From an uncultured Chitinophagaceae bacterium (GTDB taxonomy: Bacteria; Bacteroidota; Bacteroidia; Chitinophagales; Chitinophagaceae): a stretch of 64,000 bases of DNA. Positions 31,012 through 42,688 of the stretch are shown piece by piece. Position numbers and translations under genes: made by a program. The DNA is taken from positions 130,558-194,557 of the forward strand of contig CAVTBI010000014.1 in NCBI GenBank assembly GCA_963732885.1, read 5' to 3'. Position 1 is the first letter of the stretch; each line of letters starts with the position of its first letter. The notes below the pieces were generated by a model. The model was given only the letters and a program-made list of their open reading frames with translations. It ran no database searches and had not been told where the DNA came from.

Positions 31012-32952
31012 ATGATTAATATTACTTTTCCGGATGGCATTGTAAGGCAGTATGAAAAAGGTTCTTCAGCAATGGAAATTGCAAAATCAATAAGCGAAGG
31101 ATTGGCAAGAAAAATTTTGGCGGCCGAAATTAACGGCGAAGTTTGGGATCTTTCACGCCCGGTAAATAAAGATGCTTCCATAAAATTTTTGAAGTGGGAA
31201 GATGATAAAGGGAAATCAACTTTTTGGCATTCTTCTGCCCACCTGATGGCTGAAGCGGTGGAAGAAACTTTTCCGGGCGTAAAGTTTTGGGTAGGGCCGC
31301 CAATCGAGAAGGGGTTTTATTATGATATTGACCTGGGCGAAAATGTAATTGCAGAATCTGACCTTGAAAAGCTGGAAAAGAAAATGGCAGAACTTGCGAG
31401 GCAAAATAACCCATATATAAGAAAGGAAATTTCAAAGCCTGGCGCCATAAAATATTTTGAAGAAAAAGGCGATGAATATAAATTGGATTTGCTTTCTAAT
31501 TTAGAGGATGGGAATATTACTTTTTATTCGCAGGGAAATTTTACTGACCTGTGCCGCGGGCCGCATATTCCTTCTACAGGATTTATAAAAGGAATTAAAT
31601 TAACTTCTATTGCCGGCGCTTACTGGAAAGGCGATGAAAAAAATAAAATGCTTACGCGTATTTATGGCGTCACATTTCCCAATCAAAAAGAACTGGATGA
31701 ATACCTTGTTTTCCTGGAAGAAGCCAAAAAGAGCGATCATAGAAAATTAGGAAAAGAACTGGAGTTGTTTACTTTTTCAGAAAAAGTAGGAGCGGGGTTG
31801 CCTCTTTGGTTGCCTAAAGGAGCAATGCTTCGGGAAAGGTTGCAGCAATTTATGCAAAAAGCACAACTTGAAGCAGGTTATCTTCCTGTTATCACTCCAC
31901 ATATTGGTTCCAAAAGCTTATATGTTACCAGCGGCCATTATGAAAAATATGGAGCAGACAGTTTTCAACCGATAAAAACACCGGTGGAAGGAGAAGAGTT
32001 TTTTCTAAAACCCATGAATTGCCCTCATCATTGTGAGATTTACAAAGCCATTCCAAGAAGCTATAAAGACCTTCCATTGCGGCTTGCAGAGTTTGGAACG
32101 GTTTATCGTTATGAGCAATCAGGCGAATTGCACGGGCTTACACGCGTACGCGGATTTACACAGGATGATGCGCATTTATTTTGCATGCCGGGCCAGGTAA
32201 AAGATGAATTTAAAAAAGTGATTGACCTGGTGTTATATGTTTTTAAATCACTTGGGTTTAAAGATTTTACTCCTCAAATTTCCCTTCGCGACAAAGAGGA
32301 TAAAACCAAATATATAGGCAGTGATGAAAATTGGGAAATCGCGGAAAAATCAATTATTGAAGCCGCAGCAGAAAAAGGGTTGGATACAGTTATTGAATAC
32401 GGGGAAGCTGCATTTTATGGCCCGAAACTTGATTTCATGGTTCGGGACGCGATCGGAAGGAAATGGCAGTTGGGAACCATCCAGGTAGATTATAATTTGC
32501 CGGAAAGGTTTGACCTTACTTATATTGGTGAAGATAATGCGAAGCACAGGCCGGTAATGATCCATCGTGCGCCTTTTGGAAGCCTGGAAAGATTTATCGC
32601 TGTAATTATCGAAAATTGCGCCGGTAAATTTCCGATGTGGCTGGTACCTGTTCAAGTAAAAATTTTGCCAATAAGTGATAAATTTATATCTTATGCTGAA
32701 AAAGTTTTAAGTCAATTAAAAAATAATGATATTCGTGCTGAAATAGATGACAGAAGCGAGAAGATTGGCAGAAAAATAAGGGATACAGAAATGGCAAAAA
32801 TTCCAATAATGCTTATTATTGGAGAGAAAGAGGTTAATGAAGAAAAAGTTTCTGTGAGAAGGCAGGGAAAAGGGGATGAAGGGGTAAAAACTTTAAATGA
32901 AGTAATTGAAAATATTAAAGAAGAAGTAGAAAATAAAACATATATTAATTAA
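31012..32952 (+). CDS. thrS: Threonine--tRNA ligase
   Basis: TGS domain, [42 protein letters not shown]. Confidence 0.97.
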   Translation: MINITFPDGIVRQYEKGSSAMEIAKSISEGLARKILAAEINGEVWDLSRPVNKDASIKFLKWEDDKGKSTFWHSSAHLMAEAVEETFPGVKFWVGPPIEKGFYYDIDLGENVIAESDLEKLEKKMAELARQNNPYIRKEISKPGAIKYFEEKGDEYKLDLLSNLEDGNITFYSQGNFTDLCRGPHIPSTGFIKGIKLTSIAGAYWKGDEKNKMLTRIYGVTFPNQKELDEYLVFLEEAKKSDHRKLGKELELFTFSEKVGAGLPLWLPKGAMLRERLQQFMQKAQLEAGYLPVITPHIGSKSLYVTSGHYEKYGADSFQPIKTPVEGEEFFLKPMNCPHHCEIYKAIPRSYKDLPLRLAEFGTVYRYEQSGELHGLTRVRGFTQDDAHLFCMPGQVKDEFKKVIDLVLYVFKSLGFKDFTPQISLRDKEDKTKYIGSDENWEIAEKSIIEAAAEKGLDTVIEYGEAAFYGPKLDFMVRDAIGRKWQLGTIQVDYNLPERFDLTYIGEDNAKHRPVMIHRAPFGSLERFIAVIIENCAGKFPMWLVPVQVKILPISDKFISYAEKVLSQLKNNDIRAEIDDRSEKIGRKIRDTEMAKIPIMLIIGEKEVNEEKVSVRRQGKGDEGVKTLNEVIENIKEEVENKTYIN

Positions 32953-32993
32953 AAAACAGAACACTAATTAAATTTTTAACCTAAAATCAATTA

Positions 32994-33563
32994 ATGGCAT
33001 TTCCACCACGGCCCAGGGGCTTTAATCCACGTTTTAAAAAAGAACAACAACAAGAACACCGTACCAATCACATGATAAGAGTGCCTAATGTAAGATTGGT
33101 AGGTGAAAATATAGAAGTAGGAATTTATACCACTATAGAAGCACAAAAAATTGCAAATGACCTGGGGCTTGACCTCGTTGAAATTTCACCGAATGCAGAC
33201 CCGCCGGTTTGTAAAGTGATTGATTATAATAAGTTTCTTTATGAAAAGAAGAAACGCGAAAAAGACATGAAGGCCAAGAGTAAAGTTTCTGAAGTAAAAG
33301 AAATCCGCTTTACGCCCAATACCGATGACCATGATTTTGATTTTAAATCAAAGCATGCAGAAAACTTTTTAAAAGATGGCAATAAAGTAAAAGCCTATGT
33401 CCAGTTCAAAGGACGCGCTATCATGTTTAAAGAAAGAGGTGAATTATTATTATTAAAATTTGCTGAAAGGCTTGTAGATGTTGGCACTTTGGAAAGCATG
33501 CCTAAATTGGAAGGTAAAAGAATGTTTGCCATTTTTGCTCCAAAGAGCCACAAAAAAAAATAG
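32994..33563 (+). CDS. infC: Translation initiation factor IF-3
   Basis: VRLVG, DLVEISPNADPPVCKVIDY, KEIRFTP, FKGR. Confidence 0.95.
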   Translation: MAFPPRPRGFNPRFKKEQQQEHRTNHMIRVPNVRLVGENIEVGIYTTIEAQKIANDLGLDLVEISPNADPPVCKVIDYNKFLYEKKKREKDMKAKSKVSEVKEIRFTPNTDDHDFDFKSKHAENFLKDGNKVKAYVQFKGRAIMFKERGELLLLKFAERLVDVGTLESMPKLEGKRMFAIFAPKSHKKK

Positions 33564-33809
33564 AATTAGCTAAATCTTTATATAAATAACTCCATTCATC
33601 CGCTGCTTTTTTTTTAAAATTTAAGAAATAAGATCCGCTGATCATAAGAGTTTTGGATTGGTTACAGTAGGCTTATTAAAATATTGTGGGGTATTTTACG
33701 TTATTAATACGTATTATTACCAATCCTTAAATTTGGTAATTTTTCTTATGATTTACCATTTTTAAAGTAGAATTTTGTAGGGTTATTTACATTTAAATTT
33801 ATTTATTTT

Positions 33810-34491
33810 ATGAAACAAGAATCTGGGGATGTGATCAATGTGATGATAGTTGACGATCACGTACTATACAGAGCTGGCGTAAAAACTGCACTGTCCTCAA
33901 AAAGTGATATTAAGATAATTGCTGAAGCAGATAATGGCGCTCATCTTCTTAATATGCTTAAGAGGAATTCAGCCGGATGTTATTTTACTGGATATTCAAA
34001 TGCCGGTTATGGATGGCATTACAGCCCTTCCGGAAATAAAAAAACTTTACCCGGGAATCAAAGTTATTATGCTTACCTTATTAGATGACCAAAGCGTAAT
34101 TACTAAATTAATGGAATTAGGCGCCAATAGTTACTTAGTAAAAACATCAGATGCAGAAGTGATTTATGAAGCAATTAAAACATGCCACCAACAGGAATTT
34201 TATTTTAATTCTTTAACGAATAAAGCGTTGCTAAATAATCTTCGCCAAAAAAATATTACTTCACCATTTAAAACTGCCAATGAAGACGCGGTTCTTACTG
34301 ATAAAGAAATTACCATTTTGCGATTGATGTGTGATGAAAAAAGTACACGCGAAATAGCAGAAGCAGTTGATTTAAGCCCCCGGACCATTGAAGCCATACG
34401 TGATAAATTAAAAGTAAAGACCGGTACAAAAAGTACAGCAGGGCTTATCATGTTTGCTGTTAAAAATAACCTCCTCGACCAGGAAAATTAA
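33810..34491 (+). CDS. NarL/LuxR-family response regulator, 1-base frameshift near 33962
   Basis: REC domain (IVDDH...LLDIQMPVMDG) split across two frames; HTH LTDKEITILRL...LSPRTIE. Confidence 0.88.
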
Positions 34492-34542
34492 TCGTGGTTA
34501 CCCAAACTTACTATTTATTTTTGCTCATTCATTTTTTTAAAT

Positions 34543-35382
34543 ATGAATGAGCATTTTTTTATTTACAATGATCATTTTTTTCGTGCAGGCACACCTGTTA
34601 TAATTTCTCAAAACCGTTCGTTCCGCTATGGAGACGGGCTGTTTGAAACAATGAGGATGTACAACGGCAAAATCCTTAATGCTGATTTTCATTTTGAAAG
34701 GTTATTTTCCGGATTGAAAATTTTACAGTTTGATATTCCTGCGTATTTTTCTTCAGAATATTTTACAAATACAGTAAACAAACTTTTATTAAAGAATTCC
34801 ATTTTAAAAAATGCAAGAATTCGGTTAATGGTTTTTCGTGGCGAAGAAGGAATTTTTGATATTGAAAATAATTCTACAAATTATATTATTGAAACTTTTC
34901 CTTTTTCTGAAAAAATTGAATTAAATGAAAAAGGGTTAGAATTAGATATTTTCCCCGATGCAAGAAAAAGTTGTGATTTATTTTCTAACTTAAAATCAAA
35001 TAATTATCTCCCTTCCGTAATGGCAGCCAGGTTTGCAAATAAAAATAATTGGGATGACGCCATTATTTTAAATGCTTTTGAAAGAATTTGTGAATCTGCA
35101 ATAGCCAATATTTTTATAATCCAAGGCGATGAAATTTGTACACCTCCTTTATCAGAAGGCTGTGTGGCTGGCACAATGCGGCGATGGATGCTGGAAAAAT
35201 TTGATTTGGAAAATTATGGCTTTGTTGAAAAACCACTAACAGTGACTGATCTTTTAAATGCAGATGAACTGTTTCTTACCAATTCAATTTATCAATTGAA
35301 ATGGGTGCAAAAGTTTAGAAAAAAATCCTATCAGAATCTAAAAATAAAGGAAATCTTTAAACAGGTTATTCAAAATATTTGA
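34543..35382 (+). CDS. Aminotransferase class IV (PabC/IlvE-like)
   Basis: YGDGLFETMR, HFERL, KSNNY, ESAIANIF, GCVAGTMR. Confidence 0.9.
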   Translation: MNEHFFIYNDHFFRAGTPVIISQNRSFRYGDGLFETMRMYNGKILNADFHFERLFSGLKILQFDIPAYFSSEYFTNTVNKLLLKNSILKNARIRLMVFRGEEGIFDIENNSTNYIIETFPFSEKIELNEKGLELDIFPDARKSCDLFSNLKSNNYLPSVMAARFANKNNWDDAIILNAFERICESAIANIFIIQGDEICTPPLSEGCVAGTMRRWMLEKFDLENYGFVEKPLTVTDLLNADELFLTNSIYQLKWVQKFRKKSYQNLKIKEIFKQVIQNI

Positions 35383-35446
35383 ATATACCTTTTCTATTTC
35401 TACAAAAAGCCTCATTTTAAAGTTGATATTAATTCTTTCAATATAA

Positions 35447-35474
35447 AAGCCCTGCAATTTTTTTTGCAGGGCTT
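35447..35474. terminator. Intrinsic terminator between convergent genes
   Basis: AAGCCCTGCAA / TTGCAGGGCTT stem. Confidence 0.75.
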
Positions 35475-35496
35475 GAAGTTCAATTGAAGCATTAAT

Positions 35497-36327
35497 TTAT
35501 AATTCCTTTACAGTTGTGGTAGAAGTTACTTTTGCACTAGTGGGAAAATCCTGGCCCATTGCTGTAACAGTTCCTGAAGCATCGCCTGTAGAAGTACTGG
35601 ATTGAATAACTCCTGTTTTAACATCCACTTTTTCTTCTCCGGAAACTTTCCCTGTGGTTTTCGTTGAAATTTCCATTCCGTTTTGTTGCATCGTTGCGTC
35701 GGTAGCCACTTTGCCTGTAAAAGAAATATCCGCGATTCCCCCGCTAATATCTTTAATGGTATAATCGGTGGTTCTTGATATTCCATCAGTGCTTGAGCTA
35801 TCAGTCCATGTAGATCCAACTTTTGGATTAGCAGGTAAAGCCAGAAAAGCCAGTTGTGTTCCGTATCCTGTTTGCTCAAAATTTAGCCTTTTAGCAATGC
35901 CGGTTGCGGAAGTATCTGTAGAATCTGCGGAAATAATTTTTCCTGAGTTATCAATTTGTAAATCTTTGGGCTGATTGATATAATCTTTTAAAGCGGTTCC
36001 CATATCGCCATTCATATCTTCTTTTTTGTCAGAATCAAAATTGATTTGCTGGGCCATCATACTCATGTCCATTACTATGTGGGAAAGTGTATTGGTAAGG
36101 CTATAATTTTCGCTGGTTTTATCCTTTACCTCAATTTTATAGGTGGAAGTAACGTTGGCCTTAGATTCCATGCTTTGCCCCTGTACCTCTGTAGAACTGG
36201 TAGTTTCAATTTTATTTTCTACCTGGTACGTTTTCCCTGTCGTTAATTTTAATGTTCCATTTGTTTGAGCAATTGAAGCCGTCGAAAAGCATACAATTGA
36301 AATAAGAAATAATTTTATTCTTTTCAT
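35497..36327 (-). CDS. Secreted DUF6263-like protein
   Basis: Signal peptide; INFDSDKKED; beta-rich Thr/Ser composition; VGSTWTD. Confidence 0.7.
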   Translation of the reverse strand: MKRIKLFLISIVCFSTASIAQTNGTLKLTTGKTYQVENKIETTSSTEVQGQSMESKANVTSTYKIEVKDKTSENYSLTNTLSHIVMDMSMMAQQINFDSDKKEDMNGDMGTALKDYINQPKDLQIDNSGKIISADSTDTSATGIAKRLNFEQTGYGTQLAFLALPANPKVGSTWTDSSSTDGISRTTDYTIKDISGGIADISFTGKVATDATMQQNGMEISTKTTGKVSGEEKVDVKTGVIQSSTSTGDASGTVTAMGQDFPTSAKVTSTTTVKEL

Positions 36328-36413
36328 AATTTTTTATTTTTTTAAGGGTGCAAATATATGCTACTAATTATGTTTTTATTTTATTTCTATTAAATAGTTA
36401 GAGAAATAAATTT

Positions 36414-38824
36414 TTAGTAATCATTATTTGTTTTGGAAGCTTTAGGCATCACGTTTTTGGGCTTTTTCTCAGGAGTTTTTGTGGGTGAAGATGGCATATA
36501 ATTTTTTGGGCCGATAGGAGTTGCAGATTCTTTCGGTGCCGGTTTTTGAGGTGCCGGTTTTGTAAAGTCAGACTCAACAGGCACATCGGTTGGCGGCGCA
36601 TAATCTTGCGCATCGCCATTTCCTTCTACATCTGCTGAATCAATTCCCTGCCCTTCCTGGGAAATGGCAGCAAAGTTTTGATCTGCATAAATAGGATTAT
36701 TATTTAGTTCGGCAGGTTTTTGGAAGGCAGCTTTCGGATCAATCCCCAACGATTTATCAGCATATACTTTTTGCATAAAATAAGCCCATTCCGGCATGGC
36801 CATATCACTGCCGCCGCCGGTTCCATATTTTGGTAAATGCAAAAACGGATCATCATTGCCAACCCATGCGCCTGCAAGAAGTTGAGGCGTATACCCTATA
36901 AACCAACCGTCTGTATTGTCATTGGTTGTTCCAGTTTTTGCTCCTATGGTACTTTGAATCCCATATCTCCAGCGCAGGGAACCGGCAGTTCCATAATCAA
37001 CTACGCCTTCCATCATTTTCACCATTGTATAAGCATCTACTTCGCTTATTACTTGTTTTACCTGTGGTTCAAAAGTTTGCAAAACATTTCCATTCCGGTC
37101 TTCAATTTTTGTAAGATAAACGGGCTCTGTATTAAAGCCCCTGTTTGGAAACATGGTGTATGCCTGCAACATTTCTATCAACTGTATATCCGCAGAGCCT
37201 AAGGCAATTGATGGTACCATCGGGATGTCGCTTTTGATACCGCATTGATGAGCAAATTCTACTGTTTTTTTCGGCCGATGCGGCTCATAAGGTCAAATGC
37301 GGCTACGTTGATAGATTTTGCCAGGCAATAAGCCATTGTTCCTCCGGGGCCAGTAATTGTTTTGTGGGCAAGCGTGATTGGTTTTCCGCCGATATAAGTT
37401 TCAGGCGTGAGCCCTGCATCTGTTATGGCAAGTGTATAAAGTATAGGCTTAAATGTAGAACCAACCTGCCTGTTAGCGGTTACGTGATCGTACTTAAACC
37501 ATTTAAAATCTATTCCTCCAACCCATGCTTTTACCTCGCCTGTTACCGGGTCCATCACACAAAATCCTGTCTGCATCATTTCTTTACAATATTTTATGGA
37601 ATCGATGGGAGCCATCACTGTATCTGTTTCACGATTTTTATTCCAGGCGAAAATTTTCATGCTCACCGGCTGATGAAATGATTTTTTTATCTCCGCGTCT
37701 GTCGCTCCATTTTCTTTCATGTTTTTCCAGCGTTCACTTTCCTTCATGGCACTATTCAAAATTCCTTCCTCTCCTTTCCACACATTTTTTGGCAATTGCC
37801 GGAGGAATTTTTTCTGTATCAAAGCCATGTGCTTTACTACAGCTTCTTCAGCATACAATTGCATTTTTGGGTCAATGGTTGTATAAATTTTTAAACCATC
37901 CCGGTAAAGGTCATATTTTTCGCCTGTTACGGGATCCTTGTGCGTATTACACCAATCCTGTAATTTTTTTGTAAGAACTGAGCGGAAGTAAGGTGCTATT
38001 CCCTGGCTTTCATTCACTAATTTATACTTTATATCAAGTGGTTTTTTCTTTAAAACCGCTGCTTCGGCCGCGGAAAGATCATTGTTGGTTACCATCCTGT
38101 CAAGTACTAAATTTCTTCTTGCCAAAGCAGCCTCAGGATTACGCCGCGGGTCGTATTTGCCGGGGCCGCTCAGCATACCTACTAATAATGCCGCTTCATC
38201 GGGAGTCAGTTTGGAAGGTTCTTTTTGAAAATAAACCAAAGAGGCATTCCTGATTCCATACACATTTAACCATGAAACCCTGTTGAGGTATAAGGCAATA
38301 ATTTCCTGTTTGGTAAAATTTCGTTCCAGTTTCAGGGCTACGATCCATTCTTTTATTTTGTCTATTCCCCGTTTTAAAACAGAACCTCGCCCTTGCCCTA
38401 AAATATTTTTGGCAAGTTGCTGGGTAATGGTGCTCGCGCCTCCCTGCCTTCCAAATCCTTTCACTGCGCGCGCCAGGGCGATAGGGTCAATGCCTGAATG
38501 TTCGTAAAAACGAATGTCCTCTGTGGAAATCAAAGCATCAATCACGCTTTTGGAAATATTTTTATAATCAACAGAAACCCTGTTTTCGGTATAGATCTTT
38601 CCCATGAGGGTTTTGCCATCATTTGCATAAATTTCTGTGGCAAGGTTTGCCTGTGGATTTTCTAATTCCTGCAAAGAAGGTAATTTTCCAAAGACACCAA
38701 AATAAGCGGACGCAAGTATTACTATAAAAAGTGCAAACCCAGTGGCCACTAATGTCCATAATATTTTTACGCTCGTCTTTATTTTAGCCTTTTTATTTAC
38801 TTTTTTCGTGGAAGGATTTTGCAT
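36414..38824 (-). CDS. Penicillin-binding protein 1A (transglycosylase/transpeptidase), 1-base deletion near 37275
   Basis: EDIRFYEHSGID, GASTITQQLAKN, RQVGSTFKP (SxxK), KTGT; frames rejoin as IG(P)KKTVEFAHQCGIKSDIP. Confidence 0.9.
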
Positions 38825-38875
38825 TTTTTATTCTTTAAAAACCGAAAAATATTAAATTTTACTGACAGGGAAAGC

Positions 38876-41875
38876 TTAAAATTTTCCGGGATACTTTTTA
38901 TTCAGGAGATCAATATAGCTCTGTAAATTTTTATTTTCTTTTAAAAGTTGAAGGTTACTGTCAGAAATAATATAAAAAGCGTACTTCTGAGCCGGTAGCC
39001 AGGAAATTTGAACCGGTGCTGCCTGCTTTAAATTATCACGGTACTTAATGGCTTCAGCCGCGTCAACAAAATTAGAAAACACCAATAAAGTCCGTGCACT
39101 GTCTAATGTGTCTTTTACAATCTCAATTTTATTGGTACTGTAACTCTGGCTGTTATACCTGTTGAAAGCATTTCTCGCCTCACTACTATAAACCGGGTCT
39201 ACTTTTGTAAGCACCATTAGTACATCCTGCGGCTCCAGCGGGTCAAATGTAAATTCGGCATTTTTTACCGGCGGCGCTAATTTTTTAGCAGGGTTAAGCT
39301 CTGCTGTTCCTGAAATTTCCTTTTGATTCTGTTTGGCCAGGTTTTCAATTTTATTCAAAGGAGCTGCCACATTATTCACCGGTTTTGAATTATCAAAAAC
39401 AACTATTTGCGAATCTTCTTTTGCACGTACTACATTAAGATTGGTAAGATAATGTTCAATGCTGTCCCTTCTTCCTAAAACATCAAGCATTGTTGCCGCT
39501 TTATCTTTCATTGGCGAAGTGGGGTATTCTTCAATTATTTGGTGCAAAACCTTCATTGCTGCGCTATCCTGGCGTTTTTGAATATAATAAACCGATTGAA
39601 TATAGAGCAATTGTGGATTCCAGTAACTTTTTCCATAAAGGCTGTCGGCGGCATTTTTTTCTTTAATGGCTTCATCGAAATTGCCTTCTATGAACAAATT
39701 ATAAATACCATCGTAACGTTTTTCAGCAACGGTATCTTTTTTAGAAGGATTAAAAGCCTCGGGATGCAAAACATATTGTGCATATTTGCTCTCATTGAAT
39801 TTTTTCAATAACAGGTTTTTATAATAATCCGCCAGTTGCTGATTTCCAATTTTTTTATAGCAATACGATAAATTCATGTACAGTTCGCCATCGTATAAAC
39901 TATCAGGAAAACGTTTTAAAGATTGCTGATAAGATCCGATGGCGGCATTATAATCTTCCAAAAGATCCTGGTAATCTTTGCCCACCTGGAATAAAGAACG
40001 CGCTATTTTTGAATTGCTTGTATCCAATTGGATTTTTGTAAGAGGAACATTGGCCAGTAACCCCTGTTCAGAAATATCCTGCTGAACCGGCCTGGCGATT
40101 GTTTCCGGAGTAGTGGATTGTGCCTGCGGAGCCAGCGGGTCACCATAAGCTGCGGCTTGCTCCGTATTATTGGCTACAGAAGAATTTTGGCTTCCGGAAA
40201 TGCGGCGCCAGTTGTCCACGTTTTGCCTTTTGCCCCAAATCCTTTTAAATTCATTATAGCCTTGCGCTTTTATCGAATTGTTATAAAAATACCAATCGCC
40301 TTTTTTAGAAGTGTTGTTTCCAAAAATATCCTGCGGTTGATTTTGTGAATTATAAAAAGGGGATGAGGAATTGTAATTATTTGCATTATCTTTTATACCA
40401 CGTTCCTTTTTTAATTTTTTTGATAATTTTTTTATGAAATTATCCCTGTCAGTTGCAGGCATTGCGGCAATAGCCTGGAGGCTGTCTTCCCGGTCAATAA
40501 TATCCAGGTTTCTCACAATTTTTGCCAGCGCGCTTTTCCTGATTTGGATGTCAGCAAAATTTTTTAAGCTGGTGTCGCCTGCCTGAAGGCTGTCGTAAAA
40601 ATTAAAAGATTGCCTGTAATTTTTTAGGCTGTAATTTATTTCTGCGAGATTCAGAAATGCTTTATTTTTTAAAGAGAGGTTCTCTGCATTATAAACCGTG
40701 CTGGCTTTATAAAATGAAAGCGCCGTTGTGGTGTCGGGTTTTTGCATTGCAATTTCGGCGGCGGAAAAATAAATGATATCGCGGTAAGGCTGAAATTTAT
40801 CTTTATGCGCCATGTGCAATAGCCGGGCAATACTTTTATCGATTTCAGCAGGATCGTTGCTTTTCAACATTTTTGCCTGGTTAAGATTGGCATAAATATC
40901 CATCAATGGATCCGTTGTATGCCTTATTGCTTTGTTATAATAATCAGATGCAGTGTCCTGGTTATGATTCATTTCATAAAGCTGGCCAAGTAAAAATTCC
41001 CGCCTCGCCTGGTCTTGTAAATCCAATGAATTGGGAAGCGCATTTTTTATATATACAATCGCGCTATCGTACATATTTTGTTTAAAAAACCAATAACCCT
41101 GGACTTCCTGGAAATAAGGTTCCAAACGTGTGGGAAATTGGGGGTCATTTTTTAAAGTATTAATTAATCCGGCAGCTTCTGCGTAATCGCCAAGATCGGT
41201 AAGTGCGCGGGCCTGCCAAACCAAAGCGTCGTTTCTGCTGGGAGGCCTGGAAAAAATTTTATCTATAATATTCCTGTTTTCCTTGCTTGAAACACTTAGT
41301 GCGCCGTTAACCCGGTCATCATTGGTGCCAACTATTAACTGATCATCTTCCCCTTTTCTTTTTCTTGGAAAAAGATTGTAATTAATAAATTGAAAAGTCA
41401 TTGAAGCAGAGTCAAAATCTTTTCTCAGGTAATACGCCTCACCCATTAATAAATAAAAATTATCAACCCAATTTGTTCGAAGGTCGTGGAGCAATATCCC
41501 TGCAGTTGCTTCATAAATAACTGAATCCAGTTGTGTTTTTTGGGCCGCGGTATTATCTAAGGAATAACTGTAATAAGGCAATAATTGCGTGTAATCATCT
41601 TTCGAAGCCATTCTTGCTGATTCAATAACATAATTTATTTTGTTATTGGCGTTAAAAAAATAATTATAATGGCTGGTTGTATTTTGAACAAACCTTCCGG
41701 GAAGCCTTAACTTTTTATCTTCCGGCTTTTCTGACCGAAGGGGAGTATCTTTAAATTTTTCCGGTTTGTCTTTTTGAAGGTCAAATGTAATTTTGCCCAA
41801 TTGAGCATTAGCATCCGGAAATAAGAAAAAGAAGAGCAATAAAAAAGATACCAACTTAATGATCCGGCTTTTCAT
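38876..41875 (-). CDS. Large TPR protein, SprE/PorW-like (T9SS/gliding)
   Basis: TTSHYNYFFNAN, WVDNFYLLMGEAYY, WYFYN..K..G..EF...WG.R.NVDNWRR motifs; adjacent to AtpZ/AtpI-like genes. Confidence 0.75.
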   Translation of the reverse strand: MKSRIIKLVSFLLLFFFLFPDANAQLGKITFDLQKDKPEKFKDTPLRSEKPEDKKLRLPGRFVQNTTSHYNYFFNANNKINYVIESARMASKDDYTQLLPYYSYSLDNTAAQKTQLDSVIYEATAGILLHDLRTNWVDNFYLLMGEAYYLRKDFDSASMTFQFINYNLFPRKRKGEDDQLIVGTNDDRVNGALSVSSKENRNIIDKIFSRPPSRNDALVWQARALTDLGDYAEAAGLINTLKNDPQFPTRLEPYFQEVQGYWFFKQNMYDSAIVYIKNALPNSLDLQDQARREFLLGQLYEMNHNQDTASDYYNKAIRHTTDPLMDIYANLNQAKMLKSNDPAEIDKSIARLLHMAHKDKFQPYRDIIYFSAAEIAMQKPDTTTALSFYKASTVYNAENLSLKNKAFLNLAEINYSLKNYRQSFNFYDSLQAGDTSLKNFADIQIRKSALAKIVRNLDIIDREDSLQAIAAMPATDRDNFIKKLSKKLKKERGIKDNANNYNSSSPFYNSQNQPQDIFGNNTSKKGDWYFYNNSIKAQGYNEFKRIWGKRQNVDNWRRISGSQNSSVANNTEQAAAYGDPLAPQAQSTTPETIARPVQQDISEQGLLANVPLTKIQLDTSNSKIARSLFQVGKDYQDLLEDYNAAIGSYQQSLKRFPDSLYDGELYMNLSYCYKKIGNQQLADYYKNLLLKKFNESKYAQYVLHPEAFNPSKKDTVAEKRYDGIYNLFIEGNFDEAIKEKNAADSLYGKSYWNPQLLYIQSVYYIQKRQDSAAMKVLHQIIEEYPTSPMKDKAATMLDVLGRRDSIEHYLTNLNVVRAKEDSQIVVFDNSKPVNNVAAPLNKIENLAKQNQKEISGTAELNPAKKLAPPVKNAEFTFDPLEPQDVLMVLTKVDPVYSSEARNAFNRYNSQSYSTNKIEIVKDTLDSARTLLVFSNFVDAAEAIKYRDNLKQAAPVQISWLPAQKYAFYIISDSNLQLLKENKNLQSYIDLLNKKYPGKF

Positions 41876-41892
41876 TAATATTTTTGATTTGT

Positions 41893-41928
41893 ATAGAATA
41901 AGAATCAACAAAAAAAGTTCATTTACTG
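41893..41928 (-). repeat. Copy of 36-bp motif
   Basis: CAGTAAATGAACTTTTTTTGTTGATTCTTATTCTAT on minus strand. Confidence 0.55.
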
Positions 41929-42080
41929 TAAGAACTCTTTTTCTGCAAAATTATTTTAAAAATACGGTTATTTTAAGCTAATATGCCAATATAAACTCTT
42001 GCTTATGTATTTTTAACAACATTGCTGATAAAGGCAATCAGATCAGAGATTGAAATTTTATAAAATGAAATAATAAAATT

Positions 42081-42290
42081 TTGAAAACAAGGAAAGAGGC
42101 CAATAGTGAATTATTAAAATATGCGGGCATGGGAATGCAGTTCTTAGTGGCGATTGCTATAGGCATATTTATTGGTGTAAAATCAGATAAATGGCTGCAT
42201 ATTTCTTTTCCTTTGCTTGTGTGGCTTTTTCCATTATTAATCATCATCGGGCTTATCATAAAAATAATTAAAGAAACTTCCACCAAATGA
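42081..42290 (+). CDS. AtpZ/AtpI-family small membrane protein
   Basis: KYAGMGMQF...G..SDKWL, two TM segments. Confidence 0.75.
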   Translation: MKTRKEANSELLKYAGMGMQFLVAIAIGIFIGVKSDKWLHISFPLLVWLFPLLIIIGLIIKIIKETSTK

Positions 42291-42688
42291 TCCAATCTCT
42301 TATTAAAAAATTTATCCCCGTAACCGGTTTTTTCCTTCTGGTAAATATGATCCTTTTTATTTTCGGGAATTCATTAAAAGAATCCGGATTCAATATTGGT
42401 TTTTTATTGGTGGCCAATGCGTTACTTTTTTTAGTAACTTTTTTTGGGTTTTATGTCCAGGCAAAGGGCGTGAATTCCGCCAATCCCAATGCTTTTCTAA
42501 GAGGCGTTTATTCTTCGCTTCTTATAAAAATGTTTGTCATAGTGGTAGCGATAGTAATTTACATTGTATTGATGGGCGGAAAGACAGACAAATTGTCTAT
42601 ACTTTCTTCTATGGGAATTTACCTTGCTTACACCACCCTGGAAGTAATTCAATTAACGAAAATTGCCCGAAAAAAGCCTGATGCCTAA
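42287..42688 (+). CDS. ATP synthase protein I-like membrane protein
   Basis: Four TM segments; NPNAFLRGVYSSLLIKMF. Confidence 0.6.
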   Translation: MIQSLIKKFIPVTGFFLLVNMILFIFGNSLKESGFNIGFLLVANALLFLVTFFGFYVQAKGVNSANPNAFLRGVYSSLLIKMFVIVVAIVIYIVLMGGKTDKLSILSSMGIYLAYTTLEVIQLTKIARKKPDA

